Shown in pieces: positions 1-13,536 of a stretch of 64,000 nt of DNA. The stretch is from Octopus vulgaris (taxonomy: Eukaryota). Within the stretch, counting starts at the first letter, position 1. The number at the start of each line of letters is the position of its first letter. A model generated the notes under the pieces. It was not told the DNA's origin. It did not search any database and saw only the letters and a list, made by a program, of their open reading frames with translations. Where the stretch lies: the NCBI GenBank assembly GCA_951406725.2, contig OX597837.1:17732001-17796000 (forward strand), read 5' to 3'. The position numbers and the translations under genes were made by a program.

Positions 1-269
1 TTTTGGAACATTAACATAGTCATCTTCATGTTAGCTCATTACAAGCTTTGAACCTGAGCACCTATAAACATGTATGGCAGGAAATGCTTAGATATTGTTG
101 TTAATAAGTAGAGATGGAAGAAATTTGAAGCTATGAACTTATAGCAAGTGGAACATCACTCTCATGGGCTAACAAGTTTGGTGGTTTCTCTTGAGTCCAG
201 AAAATAATTATTGTTTTCTATAAACATACAACCAAACACACACACACACACACACACATGAGTAAATTC

Positions 270-500
270 TTTTATTTGTTTGTTATTTGACTGCAGCCAT
301 GCTGGAGCACCACCTTATAGGGTTTTTAGAAATTGACCCCAGGACTTGTTCCTTGTAAGCCTAGTACTTATTTTATCAATCTCTTTTGCCAAACCACTAA
401 GTTACAGGGACATAAACACACCAACATCAGTTTTCAAGTGATGGTAGGGGGAGAAACACAGACACAAAGACCCCTACATACATAACTATACACACACACA
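270..500 (-). mobile_element. SINE family A, 3' half
   Basis: TGACTGCAGCCATGCTGGAGCACC...GACCCCAGGACTT...CCTAGTACTTAT...GACATAAACACACC matches the full copy at 27371-27777. Confidence 0.75.
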
Positions 501-569
501 TAAGATCACCTCCTCCAATTCCCCCTCCTCTCTGAAAAAGCTTTTTATTGTCTTGCAAGTACTTGGTGA

Positions 570-866
570 CCCTGTCAATGCAGGTACCACTTAAAAGCAC
601 CCAGTCCACACTGTAATGTGGTTAGTATTTGAAAGGCATCCAGCTGTAAAAACCTTGCCAAAACTGACTTCACTTTTGCTTGTGCCATGTAAAAAGCACT
701 AAGTCCACTCTGCTGAGTGGTTGGTGTAAGGAAGGACATCCAGCTGCAAAAATCCTGCCAAAAGAGTTACAGAAGTCTGGTAAAGGCCTCTGCCTGGCTG
801 GCTCTTGTCAAACCATCCCACCCATGCCAGCATGGAAGATAAATATTAAACAATGATGATGATGTT
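570..866 (+). mobile_element. RTE LINE 3' UTR/tail fragment
   Basis: AAAAGCAC..., GGCATCCAGCTGTAAAA (twice), CCCATGCCAGCATGGAA and a (TGA)n tail, as at the ends of the long RTE copies. Confidence 0.7.
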
Positions 867-954
867 GATATATATACAACTGACTGCTTTCAGTTTCTGT
901 CTACCAAATCCACTTACAAAACTTTAGTCAGCTTGATGCTATAGTAGAAGATTG

Positions 955-1112
955 ATTACATTGACCCGTGTTCAACTGATACTTATTTTATCGATGAAAG
1001 GATGAAAGGTAAAGTTGACCTTAGTGAAATTTGAACTCAGAATGTGAAGATGGATGAAATTCTACTAAGCATTTTGCTTAGTGTGCTAACAATTCTGCCA
1101 GCTTGCCGCCTT
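955..1112 (-). mobile_element. SINE family B (tRNA-like head)
   Basis: Minus strand GGCGGCAAGCTGGCAGAATTGTTAGCAC...GAGTTCAAAT (B-box-like)...CTTTCATCCTTT. Related copies near 4122-4305, 10520-10690, 14830-15040, 16670-16805, 34592-35885 and 62275-62610. Confidence 0.7.
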
Positions 1113-1278
1113 AAATTGAATTGAATATATTAAGTTACAGTAAGCTAACACCATACTTAACAGATGGTTTTTCTTTTATCAATTATTTCATCCACAGAGC
1201 TTTCTCTAACAATTTCTTGTAGTGACTTTACATTTCCTTATTATTTTGATTGGAAGACGGTTAGGAGAATCATTAGAG

Positions 1279-4113
1279 CATAGCTTCCCAAATTGGGTGA
1301 TTTCAACTTATAGGTGGGCGATTCAGCAAATTTCTAGAAAACGGTGGGTAATTTGAGATTTTGTGGGTGACAATGAATTTTTAGAAATCAAGTCTTCATT
1401 TACCTATATCTAGGCATGTCTAGAATAAGGATGCACTTTTATCGATTTGACTATTTGCAAGTGGACTTGTTTATTGATCGAATATTTTTGTCACAGTCAT
1501 TGAGGTGGTTGTCATATGTGCTAAAAATAACAGCAAAGTAGGCCTAGGCCTTAAATCACACCCCACCACAATTTGTTCTCCTTTTTTTTGCATAATCCTA
1601 TGAATTCCCATGTGTAGAATACAATTTCACAAAAATTTTCTGAAAACTCCAAAAAATAAAAAAAAGTTATGAGGGGTTATATGTTATACATAATTTGATG
1701 GTTTATTTTCAGGATGTTGACAAAATATGCAGTCATGCACAAAATGACAGCTTTGAAATCGTGTTTCTTGACTGGGTGAAAAATGATCAAACTTTAAACC
1801 TCTATTACTTTTTAAAAACATTTTTCTAGAAAAAGTTGAATAACTCCTGCAATTTAGCTTGGAAAGGTATATTAATGTGCCAAATTAAAAAAATTTTGAT
1901 AAACTTTAATTTTTGAAATGCTGGCAGCCAAACGGACTAGATCCATATTTGCTCCAGTAAAGACGTGTCACCTGACTCTGCTCTATCAACTTCTTCTCTT
2001 TGGGAATACCAAACTATCTTTCTGACACCATCCGTAGAAATTTGTTTTCACTTTACTGATGCCTCTAGTCAAGAAAATTTGTCAACAATACTGTAGTAAT
2101 TATTTATCATTTAGATTTATTCCCTCTCCTCAGAATTGTCAATTACCAATGTATCTTCTTTGCCATCAAACATTGACCAACAAAGCAATGAAACCATCAC
2201 GCTTGAAGTATCACTTTGATGCAAAGCATTCTGACAAGACGTACAAGCCATTGTCATACTTTTTGCAACTGAGCTCCTCTTTCAAACAGCAAACAGAAAC
2301 ATTCAACATGCTACTCCAGAAACCTAGTAAACAGTAGAATGACGGGTTGATTGCATCATACAACATTGCATTACTTGATGCTAAGTCTGGGAAGTCTCAC
2401 ACAATTGAAGAAACATTACTTTGCCTGGTTATCGAAGAGGTTTTGTCAATCATTATGCACGTAAAACCTGATAACATTATGAAGAAGATCCCACTTAGTA
2501 ATAACACAATTTCTCAACGCATCGTTAAAAATGACCAACGATGTCAAACATCAGCTCATTAATATTCTCCAGTGTTCTGAATTTTTCTATACTAGTGAAT
2601 GAGTCAACTGTTGTGGACAATCAATGTTTGAGGATGGTATATGTTTGGTATTTCAGCGAAGACCTTCAACCTTGTGAGGAAATGCTGTTCACAGAGAAAT
2701 TGCTGCTTGATTCAAAAGGTACAACTATTTCACACTCTCAAGTCTTTCCTTTTTGAAAATAATATCCCACTCAGTAATATTCTTGCCTGTGCGTCTGATG
2801 ATAGTTTTTCTGTTTCCTTACAATAACTTATTCAAACCATTTAATTTTGTGAATATATCACAAATGAAAAAGATATCGCACCTTGCAGCCATCAATGAAG
2901 TGGATTGTGGAGTAGCTTCAAAGAAAGATAAGATTATATGAAACAGTTCAACAAAGCGTAAAACACAGTTTCCTTTTAACAGCCACCGCACTTCGGTATA
3001 GTATAAAAAGTTTAATATGGTCCTCATCATTTCTCAGACAGAGTTGATGGAAAATTTGATCAGACAAATGACTGGATTTCAATTTGTTCACAGTCTTGAT
3101 AACTAACTGTACGCATCATTTAATCTACTGTTCATATTTTTTGCCACTAAATGCTGCTGGTGTGCCAAGCAACGAACAGTTAGTATCTGGTGGGAAATTT
3201 CACGCTATAGGAGAGATGAAAAATTTCTGTATCTTCCAATCATTGAAGACTAAAACCTGAAGACTAAAACCTGAGATGTTTCTTCAAGTGAAATGGGTCT
3301 AGGAAGTGGTCTTACCGAATATTCCAAATTGGTATAGCAATCTGTTTGAGGTTGATGCAGTTGATTACAAGGATGAAGCTCATGAGGAATTGATAGAATT
3401 ACAAAATGACAATGACGCCACATTGCGATATTGCTGTTATGGCAAAGAAGGTTTGTGGTACCATCAAAGTATATTGAATTCCTACCCCAATCTGTGGAAA
3501 CGTCTGAAATTACTTTTGCTTGCCTTCCCTACCTCGTACCTGGTTGAATTTGGCTTTAACCATTTGGAACTTTATTTTCCCATAAAAGAATTGGACTGAA
3601 TGTGACACAACAAGGAGACTTGTGGCTAAAGTTGACAAGTTTGAAACCGAACGTATCTGCACTAGCTGCATCGCACCAGACACATGGTTCCCATTAAAAC
3701 GTTTTATTCTTTTCCTTTATAATACAATCATTAATTATTTTTGTATCAGTAGTTCTGATCAATGGTTCATTTGGAGAGAATAAAAATCAGTGTAAAAGGA
3801 AGTGCAAGTTTACCGAAGTTAATCTGTCTGCATAATATAGAGTCAACATTAGAATTTTATTCACACTAATAGCAAAACTAAACCTACAATAAGGGATTTG
3901 TGAACAACCACATATTTAGTCCAAACAACTAACCAGGTAACAAGTCTATGATATAGTGTGTGTGTCAAATGCTACAAGGTGGGTTTCTCCAAGGGAATTT
4001 AGTGTTAGGGAAGGTTGTGTCAAGGTTTTTTTTAAACAGGTGGGCAATGGTGCATTTTTTGGCTGATAGGTGGACAATATTGCAATTTGGTGTGAAAAGT
4101 TTGGGAAGCACTG
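1279..4113 (+). mobile_element. hAT DNA transposon, Buster/Charlie type, defective
   Basis: TIRs CATAGCTTCCCAAA / TTTGGGAAGCACTG. 8-bp TSD CATTAGAG at 1271-1278 and 4114-4121 with the central TA typical of Buster elements. Inserted into a family B SINE. Confidence 0.9.
2059..3697 (+). pseudogene. Buster-type (ZBED5/ZBED8/SCAND3-like) hAT transposase remnant, middle part inverted
   Basis: + strand motifs AMKPSRLKYH, ASYNIALL..KSGKSHTI, IPLSNNTI, FSILVNEST, NILACASD. - strand motifs CLAHQQHLVA and TEVRWLLKG at about 2801-3210. + strand resumes with ELIELQND, LLLAFPTSYLVEFGF and GDLWLKLT..HQTHGSH*. Several stops and frameshifts. Confidence 0.9.
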
Positions 4114-6849
4114 CATTAGAGTATTGAAAAATAGTATTTGTTCCAGTTCTTTACATACTGAGTTCAAATCTCATTAAGATCAACTTTGCCTTTCATCCTT
4201 CAGAGTTTGATAAAATAAAGTACCAGTTAGAGTGCTGGGGCCAATTTAATTGACTAACACCTTCCTCTTTAAAATTGCTGGCCTTGTGCCTAAATTAGAA
4301 ATAATTATTATGATGTGAGGTGCTTGTAGAGATAATTATTAAATATCATTTGAACTCAAGAATGGGGAAAATCACAATAATTCAGATGCTGAATGTGTTC
4401 TAGCATTAAATTTTAGCTTTATCTTAAAATTTGCATAAAACAAGAGTGTTTTCATATGTGAATTTTATTAGCTAACTTATTGCAAGTTCAACACACATAC
4501 CTACCTACATGTATACCATGCACGTGCGCACGCACACACACACACATTCATACAGACATGGCGGAAGCCAAATTGTGATTGAGTAAGACCACTTCCTAGA
4601 GCAATTTCACTTGAAGAAACATCTCAGGTTTTAGTCTCCCCATATCACTGATAACATCTCATATGGTTCCTAAGGCCTGCATCCCACACTGACCATAAGT
4701 CAGTGACCCCAGCAGTAACCCAATCATCTAAATGTTGGGACATATACAGATATACCTACACACACACACACCATTGACTTATACACACACACACACACAC
4801 ACACATACATATACATACCTTACACACAGAGATGTATGACACCCCACTCTCTCTCTCATTTATTTACTTTCCTTCTCCACCTTTCCCTTTCCACTTTGAA
4901 AATACTTTTCCAACTGAATTCACTGACAATGGGAATTTTTCTTATTTGAGAGTGGGAAATAATTATAATTCTATAGAAAAGAAATTCTATTTAGTTTTAT
5001 CATATCTACATAAAAAAAGCAGCTTAAAAAGGAATAAGTCTACATTACAAAATATTATTAGCTCAACAAACATGAAATATATAAAAATATATGGTTAAAA
5101 TAAATAAAGGGGAATAAAGAGGTTTTAACACATAACAAAGCAAGTTATTGAAATGGGTGTACCATAGTCTATTGCGTCACACACCAGGATATTTTTTAAT
5201 ATTTTATTGAGAGAAAAATAGCTGGTAAAAATTACCAATACCTTTTATTTATCTTTTTTTTTGTTCCTGGAAGGATCTAAAAGACAAGGCCTTCTCCTGG
5301 AAGGATTTGAACTGGTAGGACATCACAAAACAATTATTACAAAATATATATTAGTGACAGAGGCAGTATTAATACTGGGAGGTAATATCTATCTCCACTT
5401 AAATGTGAATGTTCTGTTAGAACAAATGATACTGTAGTAGATACCATGAGAGAAACTCTCATATTGGCTTTTGATGCAAAATTTACTCTCATTTATATTG
5501 CTAGTGGGGAGATAAATCCCGGCCACCCCCAGCGCCAAGACCACCAGATCATATGATTTTGACTTTCCTTGGTCTTGTTAATGATGGATGCTTGACTACT
5601 AGAGATAGCAGTGACTCTTCTCCCCACCAGCAATATATAGAATGATAGTGCTAGAACAGGCACTGGTGTCACAATTAGCCAGAGAGTTTGTTAAAAAATA
5701 CATTATTACAAAATCCTTAAATCTTGTTATCTGCTTTTCTGTCAGTTCCACTGGTCCTCTACATAATTCCTAGCATGGACATAATGACAATATGTACCAA
5801 ATCCTTAATACTTTCATACTTTTATTGACCTCAAAAGTCAAAAAGTTAATGTTAGTTCTAGTGGGGATTGAACTGAGACCAATGGGCACCACCCTATCAA
5901 CAGGAAAAATATTTGGGTTAGTGGTTGAATGTTTTAGTTATCTTTTCATGACCACGACCCTATATGTCGATGCAGGAATAGGTAAGAGTGTTTGAGAAGT
6001 TTATTTTGCAATCATGTGGTTTTGGGTCTGGGCCTCAACTGCATTTCACCTTTGGAAAGTGTACTGTTTGAAAGCCCATAGTATGTACACACACACACAC
6101 ACATGCACACGAATACGCACACACACATGCACACACACACGCATGCACACACACGCAAAATAATTCTTATATTAAAATTATTTATTATATAAAACATTTT
6201 TTTAAAAATCAGATTGACACAAATCTGATGGAATGGGATTTTTGTGTAAGTTCTTTTATTGTTTTCAACCATTCAAACATATGTGGTATTTCTTGCTATC
6301 TTCTAGCGTTTAGTTTTATCATCCTTACCTCATGACTTATTAAACTAAAATCCCACATTTCTACTTTAATGAGAAATTTGGTTTCTCTTGCTCTTTCCTT
6401 CACAATTCCCAAGACTGTCTTCTGTTCATCCCCATGAGGTGTATGACCATTTTGTTCGCCATACACCCACCCTTACACACCCCTGTACTGAAAGTCTCTT
6501 TTTCATTTCTCATGCCCAATAGTAGCAAGGCTTCCTTCCATTCCCTATGGTGGTATTCAGATCTTCACTCTATATAGGAGTACACATACCCTGACACTAG
6601 GTCCCTATCTGCAACAGATATAGCAAGGCTACATAATAAGAATACTCATCATTGTATTAGGGCATTTGGAAGACTAACCTAGCTACTCATTTTACTTCTA
6701 TCTTCTGATCTTCATTTTTATTCGTTGATAAACAAAAATCTTTTGAATGATGAAGCATGTGCAAGTGTTGAGAAATAAGTAAATGAATGAATGATAGCAA
6801 TTTTAATGAAGGGAAAATTAATCATTAAAAATGAAGGGAAAATTAATCA

Positions 6850-7980
6850 ACCATCTGCTGACCACGCATGGCCCAACTACTCATGTTCCTCACAGCAGAC
6901 TGTAATCAACAAAGAACCTTACTATAGAAGACAGGCCTCTTTCTTCTGCAGGTTCCAAAGCATTAGAGTAGTGACTTTAAGCATAGGCACAATGAGATAG
7001 CAGAGATTTTGGAGAAGAGACAGGCAGATGTGTGCTATGTGCGAGAAGTAAGATGGAAGTGATCTTCAACTAAACTCCTCACAAGTAAGAGACAGGAATT
7101 CAAACTCTACTGGATGAGCAATAATGATGGCACAGGTAGGGTAGGTATGCTGTTAGCTGAGAGGTAGATAAATGAAGTAATAGAGGTAGACAGGATGCCT
7201 GATAGGATATTTAAGGTAACACAACACCTACATTTATCTCACAGCATATACCCCACAGAAAGAGGGAGACCCAAGAAGACACGTGATGACATGGTTAAGG
7301 CTGACCTAAATACCCTGAGCCCAACAAAACAGATAACACAGGACTGGGATCTCTGGCAATAGGAGGTTCTTGAACAAACCTGCTCTCATGCATTAAGCCT
7401 ACCTCTTCTCCCTGCCCCCTCTCTCCTGTCCCCTCTACCACCAACAATCATATCATCTTTACTGCTTCTGTTGTTTGTCACCCCCACTCTTTAATGCATC
7501 CCTTTGTCTTCCTCAACTCATGGTTCCTTGTTCATCTACCTTTCAACCCTACCCATTTTGGCAGTCTGCCTCCTACCCTTGTCCCCTTATTCCCTTTCCA
7601 ATACAATTTCTGCAAACTTATTCTTCAACTTATGTACCCTGTGAGATCATCTAGGCATCTCATCGCCATTATCTCTTGCAACTCCTACTCTTCATTATCT
7701 CTTTCTCTTCCCTTCCTCTACTAGATGTGAGTAGCTATGCAAATCCTCCACAAGAATCTGCTCAGTTCCTCTTCAACCCCTTGTCCACTAGCATGAAGCT
7801 GATTTCCACCCCAGGACTCGTAGTTCAGTGAGCTGTATGGTTACATCAATGGTACAGGTGGCACAAAAAAGAAGCACCCAGCACACCTTGTAAAATGCAA
7901 AGGCATCCAGCCATAGAAACCATACCAAAGCAGACACTGGAACATAGACAATAAACGATGATGATGATGATGATGATGAT
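6850..7980 (+). mobile_element. Internally deleted RTE LINE (APE N-terminus joined to ORF C-terminus and 3' UTR)
   Basis: Decayed RVVTLSIGTM..VREVRWK..YW..N.DGTG.VG.LLAE..AYTPQ runs directly into RGRPKKT.DDMVKADL..DWDLW, then a CT-rich UTR and an AAACGATGATGAT tail. Confidence 0.7.
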
Positions 7981-10762
7981 ATATATATATATATATATAT
8001 ATAATGATGAAGATTATGATGATGATGATGATCATCATCATCGTTTAACATCCACTTTCCATGCTAGGTGTATGTGAAGAAGTCAATGATGTAAAAGGAG
8101 CAGTGATGGGTAGCAATGAGGACAGCAGTGTTAGAGAGGAAGGGATAAGTGCAGTAATGTGTGCAAGATCAAGGGAAGGAACCACGTTCTTGGTGAGGAG
8201 CTGGTTATTCACATTTAGAAGGGAGGAAGAGAATGATCAGTAGGAGCTGCAAAGAGATGAATAGAGGAGATGAAGTGTCCATGTTTGTGTCTCCTTGTCT
8301 TGACATAGCCTGATAGTGTCACTCATTTCCAATAGTCTGCAAAAGTATGTTTGTGCATGGGGAAACATTACCTTGCTTAGAAACAGATGAAGGTTGGTGA
8401 CAGGGAGGACATGCAACCACAAAAAATCTGCCTCACTAAACACCATCTGACACATGCAGGCATAGAAAGTGAATGTTAAAACCATGCTGTTTCTGCTGCT
8501 GAGGATATATATATATGCTTGTTTAATAGTCTGAATGAAGAACTCAAATATTGTTTGTGGATTCAAGATAATATTTAATATTAATAGTAGCTGTTTATTT
8601 TCAAGTTTTTCCATTAAAACTGGTTGCTGAAAACAGGCTGTTTTAATGGTAAAACATAGAAGTAAATAGTCACTTATGAATATTAGACATTGTATGTATT
8701 CAGTTGTGAGTAAGAAACAATTTAAAATTTGCTTGTTGTATAACTTAGTAGAAATAGGAAGTAAAGATTATCCCATGATAATTAGTAGGCAATGTGAAGG
8801 TGTTTTTCTTTGGAATGCAATTATGACCCTCTCCAAGTGAATGGAAGAACATAGTATTTGAAAATGTAATTACACATATCAAGAATTAGATTAATGAAAA
8901 TGGAGTCTTTCCATATGACTTGCATAAGTGTTGCATTTTTAATTCATTCAAGTAAAAAACATTTTTGCAATGTTAAGGATATCAGAAATGACAATTTTGG
9001 TAATTCTCTTTCTTCCAAGAGAGTTTGAGCTCCTCATAGACAACTTTAAAAATAATTATGCTAGAGTGATAACCTTTCTTTAATCGGTATGTTTCTGCAA
9101 CCCCAGTTTCAATCTGCTTTCTCTTTTGACAGCTGATATTCTAAAATGCAAACCAAACTTATCCACTAATCTGTTTATATCCATTGATTTAAATTATTTC
9201 TAAAAAATTCATTTGTTTCCTTACTTTACAGGAGTATGAAGCTTCTTACACCATTAATGAATGAATATATTGATTGATGTATAAAACAAGAGTTCTATTC
9301 AGAATATGTTACTAATATGTTTATTCCTACACTGTTTCTATTTCACAATTCTATACTGCTTATAAACAATGTATATTATCAATTAAGCATGTAACATCTC
9401 TTTTATAAGACATTATCTTAATCTACCTCATTATATAAATATCCATACTGTCTCTGTCTCCACAATATACCACTGATAAACTGAGACTTTAATATTTGAT
9501 GACTTTGAGATAATGCCATAATGTATAAAACAGGCTAGATTACTGGCATTATGGGGCTGGCCTTCACTCATGCTAACCCATTGCATTACCAAATACATTG
9601 ATTCTAATGCATAATGCTAACCTCCTCCTCCTTCTTTGTCATTTCCTCTTTTTGACATTCTTTTTCTCTGTTACATTTTCCCTCAGAGAGAAGGTCTACA
9701 GTAAATGTCTCCAGAATGCAAACCAATTCAAAAATAAATGTCATGTCAAGATTATTGATATTAAGAAACACACATAGCTAAACTTAACCAATTTTATTTG
9801 CAAATGGTCTTAACCAAACAAATAATAATAAAAACAAAATTAGATAACAGTCCAAAGAACGTTTCCCAGAAGCTTAATAATATCAATATGAACTATTCAA
9901 ATATGGTTATATGCCCATCCTAGGTTCTTTCTCATAGGCTAAAAGCATTTATTGTTGTTTACAATAAACTAACAAAGAACATTGTTTGTATTTTTTGAAA
10001 GTAAGTCTACTTGAAATGTATTTGGTAAATATTAATGAGATAATGAAACTGTGACAAAATAAAGAAAATTTGATATAAAATAATGAACAAGAAAGAAAAA
10101 ATGTGGTAAGAAATGTATTTTTGTGAGCAGAAAAGACAGAAAACAATGTTTAAATAATTGTTTGATATTAAACAGCAAAATAAAACCAGAGTTATTTAAG
10201 ATCTATATTAAAGATCTTCAATGTGTTGCATCTACTCCAAAAAACCTGAAAATGCACAACTATTTCAATATCAGAGAGTGTCTCTTTCATAGATGGAGCA
10301 TCATAAACTAAAGTAGATATGCATAAATTATCAAGCAACAGTTAAACCAAAAAAATATGATTAATTGTTATAATCTATCATAAAGCCAGTCTTATTTGTC
10401 TTTCCTAAAACTTCTGTCTTTGTAATCAATATTATATGCTTTTGAGGACAGCAGATCAGAAGAACTGGTAGATTGATAAAATCAGTAAAATGGCAAAATC
10501 AGTTGGATGGGAGAATCAGTGGATTTACAGAATTGGTAAAGTGTCAGACAAAATGCCTTGTAGCATTTAATTGCATACTTTAAATTTGAAGTTCAAATCC
10601 TGTGAAGATGGACTTTGTCTTTCATCCTTCCAGGGTTAACCAACTATACCCTTCCTTAAATTTGAGGACTTGGGCTAATTTATTAATCAATATCTTGAGA
10701 TTTTCTTACCTAATCATAAATGCAGATATAGCTATATGGATAAAAACTTATATATATATATA

Positions 10763-13381
10763 CAGTGTACCCCCACTTATTCGTGGTTTGGCATTTGTGG
10801 TCCTGTTTATTTGCAGAATCAAAAATTGTTTGCAGAAACCACCACATATTCATGAAATCACAAATATCGTCCACGATTTTTATGGTGCTTTTCATGGCAA
10901 TATATAATTTTTCCCACTTTTTAAGGCTAAATTATTAATAATAATATACTGTATTTGTCGGTTTACTGGATGCCCCTTTGCAGCTGAAAGTCCCTCTGAT
11001 TAGAATAGCCATGCATCACGTTGCTTGATTTTTTTTTAGATACAACTATACTGTATCTGGTATCTCTTATTCCTGCTTTCAATCAAAGCTTGCTCATTAT
11101 TATAGCGGCTCCCAGCGCTTTTTTAAAAATCATCACTACATTTGATGATACACATCTTTTATTTCAACAGGATAATTTCTAAGGTCGTGAGCCAATATAG
11201 CCTCACTGAAATTAGGTTACTTGCTGGTCCCTCTCTTTCTCTTGCTCTCTCTTATTATTATAGTATAGATTACTGTATCTAGTGGTAATACAAACTAAAT
11301 TTTTCAAAACCATGATTATTTTCAATCTCTGCTCTATCTCCCATTGGTGGTATGCACATATTAGACTAAAGGAAGATTTTTCTAGGTTTTTTTCTGGAAA
11401 AACTGCATCCAGTATTTTGTTGAGTGCTGTGTTTTTTGCAGCATGTTACTAAAGCCCTAAGATGCTGCCCAAATGCCCTATACTGTCTAAGGCTTCTGGC
11501 AGTGAACCTAAGCACCAGAAAAAGGTTATGATGATCCATGAGAAGGTACAACCACTGGATAAGTTCCAGGAAGGTAAAAGTTCTGCTGCAGTAGGTTGCT
11601 ATTATGCTGTCAATGAAAGCTACATGAAGAAGAATGAAAGCTACATAAGCTACATGAAGAAGAATGGAGAGGCAATCAGGACTACTCTAGCAGTAAGTTT
11701 CATTGAAAGTGCCAAAAAGATAATGATAGTGAGAAATAAGCACTTCATTAGGATGGAATTTGCCTTGGCATTGTGGATCAGTGACTGCAAGAAGAAAAAC
11801 ATCCTCTTGAGCCATAACATCATCTGCAAGAAAGCACAGAAATTATACCAGCAGTTCAACAGAGGAGACGAAGCAGAAAGCACCGAAAAACCTCAACCAA
11901 GAGCATTGACTGCACCGGAACCCGAAGATTTTCAAATCAGCAAGGGATGGCTTGACTGTTTTCAGAAATGGTTTCAGATAAAGTGTGTTTCCCTGACTGG
12001 AGAGATGCATCAGCCGACAAAAAAGCCGCTGAGAAGTACCTCAAGACCTTCAGGTAGATCATCGAGGACAAAGGATACAAACCGGAACAGGTTTTCACCA
12101 TGGATAAGACTGGCTTGTTCTGGAAGAAGATGCCTTCCAGAACGTACATCATGAAGGATGAAGCCAGAGCCCCAACATTTAAGGCACAGAAGGATGGAGT
12201 GATGCTAATTATGTGTGGCAATGCTGCTGGCTTCATGATGAAACCAGGACGTACCTACAAGTCCAATAACCTGAGGGCCTTCAAAAATAAGAATAAAAAT
12301 CTGATGCCTGTCCACTGGATGCACAACTCCAAGGCCTGGGTTACCAAAAGTCTAATTTTGAATTGGTTCCACCAATGCTTCATCTCTCAAGTCAAGGAAT
12401 ACCTCTAAACTCTTTGCATGGAATTCAAGGTGTTGCTAGTTATGGGTAATACTGGTGGTTACTCTTTGGATTTGAATCATAAGCGAGTCCAAGTCAAGTT
12501 CCTTCCTGCCAACTTCACCTTCCTCATCCAGCCTATAGATCATGGCGTGATCCGTGCCTTCAAGGCACATTACACTCAGAACTCTCTCCAACACCTTGTG
12601 GACACAATGAATTTGGATGAGAATTTCAAGTTAAAGGAGTACTGGCATAACTTTATGATCGCAACGTGCCTGTCAATCATCCACACTACTCTTAAAGACA
12701 TGTTAAATGAAACCCTCATTGCATACTGGAAGAAGGTGTAGCCAGAATGTGTCCAGGACTACAAGGGCTCCTCACCTAAAGATATTCAGCATAAGGTTGT
12801 CAACAATGCAGTGAAACTGGCAAAGGTTTTGACATCACACAAGATGAGGTCAAGGACCTCATCAATGCCCACTCTGAAACTCTGACAGATGAAGATTTGT
12901 TGGAGTTAACAAAGTCTGCCAGTGAAAAGGAAGAAGCACCAGATCCAGAGGAAGAGGAGGATGAGGTGGGCCTGGCAATCGAGTGCCTATCTGACCTTTT
13001 AAGGACAGCAAAGTAATTGCAAGGGAAGGCGGAAGTAAGGGATCCCTATATGGTTCGGTTCCTCCAATTGAAAAACTGCATCGATGCTGCCATGCAGACA
13101 TAAAACTCTCCTCACTAACATGAAGAAACAACAACAACTTCCCATCACAATGTTCCTCAAGCCCGCCAAGAAAGCCTTGCACAAAGATACGACATTCCCT
13201 AAAATATCTGAAGAAGAGGCGTCACCTGAAGAGCTTTAAATCTTCTTTGCTGTGCAGTCATTACCTTCATTATTTTCATCATCATCATCTTAAATCAATA
13301 TCATTCACTTTTGGTGAATAACTGTACATTTTACTTTATTTTTTATTAAATTATTATATATATATATGTATACATACATAT

Positions 13382-13414
<33 letters not shown>

Positions 13415-13536
13415 ATATTTTATGTTATATTTTGACATTTATAGGAATTTTCATGGAATATGTCTAATATTTGCAGTTTTCAACTATTCACGGGTACTCT
13501 AGGATTGTAACCCCCATGAATACCAGGGACCTACTG
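10763..13536 (+). mobile_element. Tigger/pogo DNA transposon, defective
   Basis: TA-flanked diverged TIRs CAGTGTACCCCCACTTATTCGTGG / CCATGAATACCAGGGACCTACTG enclosing a transposase remnant. Confidence 0.88.
11462..13239 (+). pseudogene. TIGD1-like pogo transposase (CENP-B HTH + DDE_1), disrupted
   Basis: KHQKKVMMIHEKV, FQISKGWLDCF, MDKTGLFWKKMPSRTYI, LLVMGNTGG and IQPIDHGVIRAFKAHY spread over ORFs 11462-12154, 12100-12408 and 12418-12741, with frameshifts and stops. Confidence 0.92.

Noticed and set aside
1580-1940. Possible nested DNA transposon within the hAT 5' region
   Set aside because: The composition is suggestive, but I could not find a matching TIR pair or TSD.
11462-12741. Domesticated TIGD gene
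   Set aside because: Frameshifts, stops, altered catalytic motifs and surviving TIRs indicate a dead transposon.
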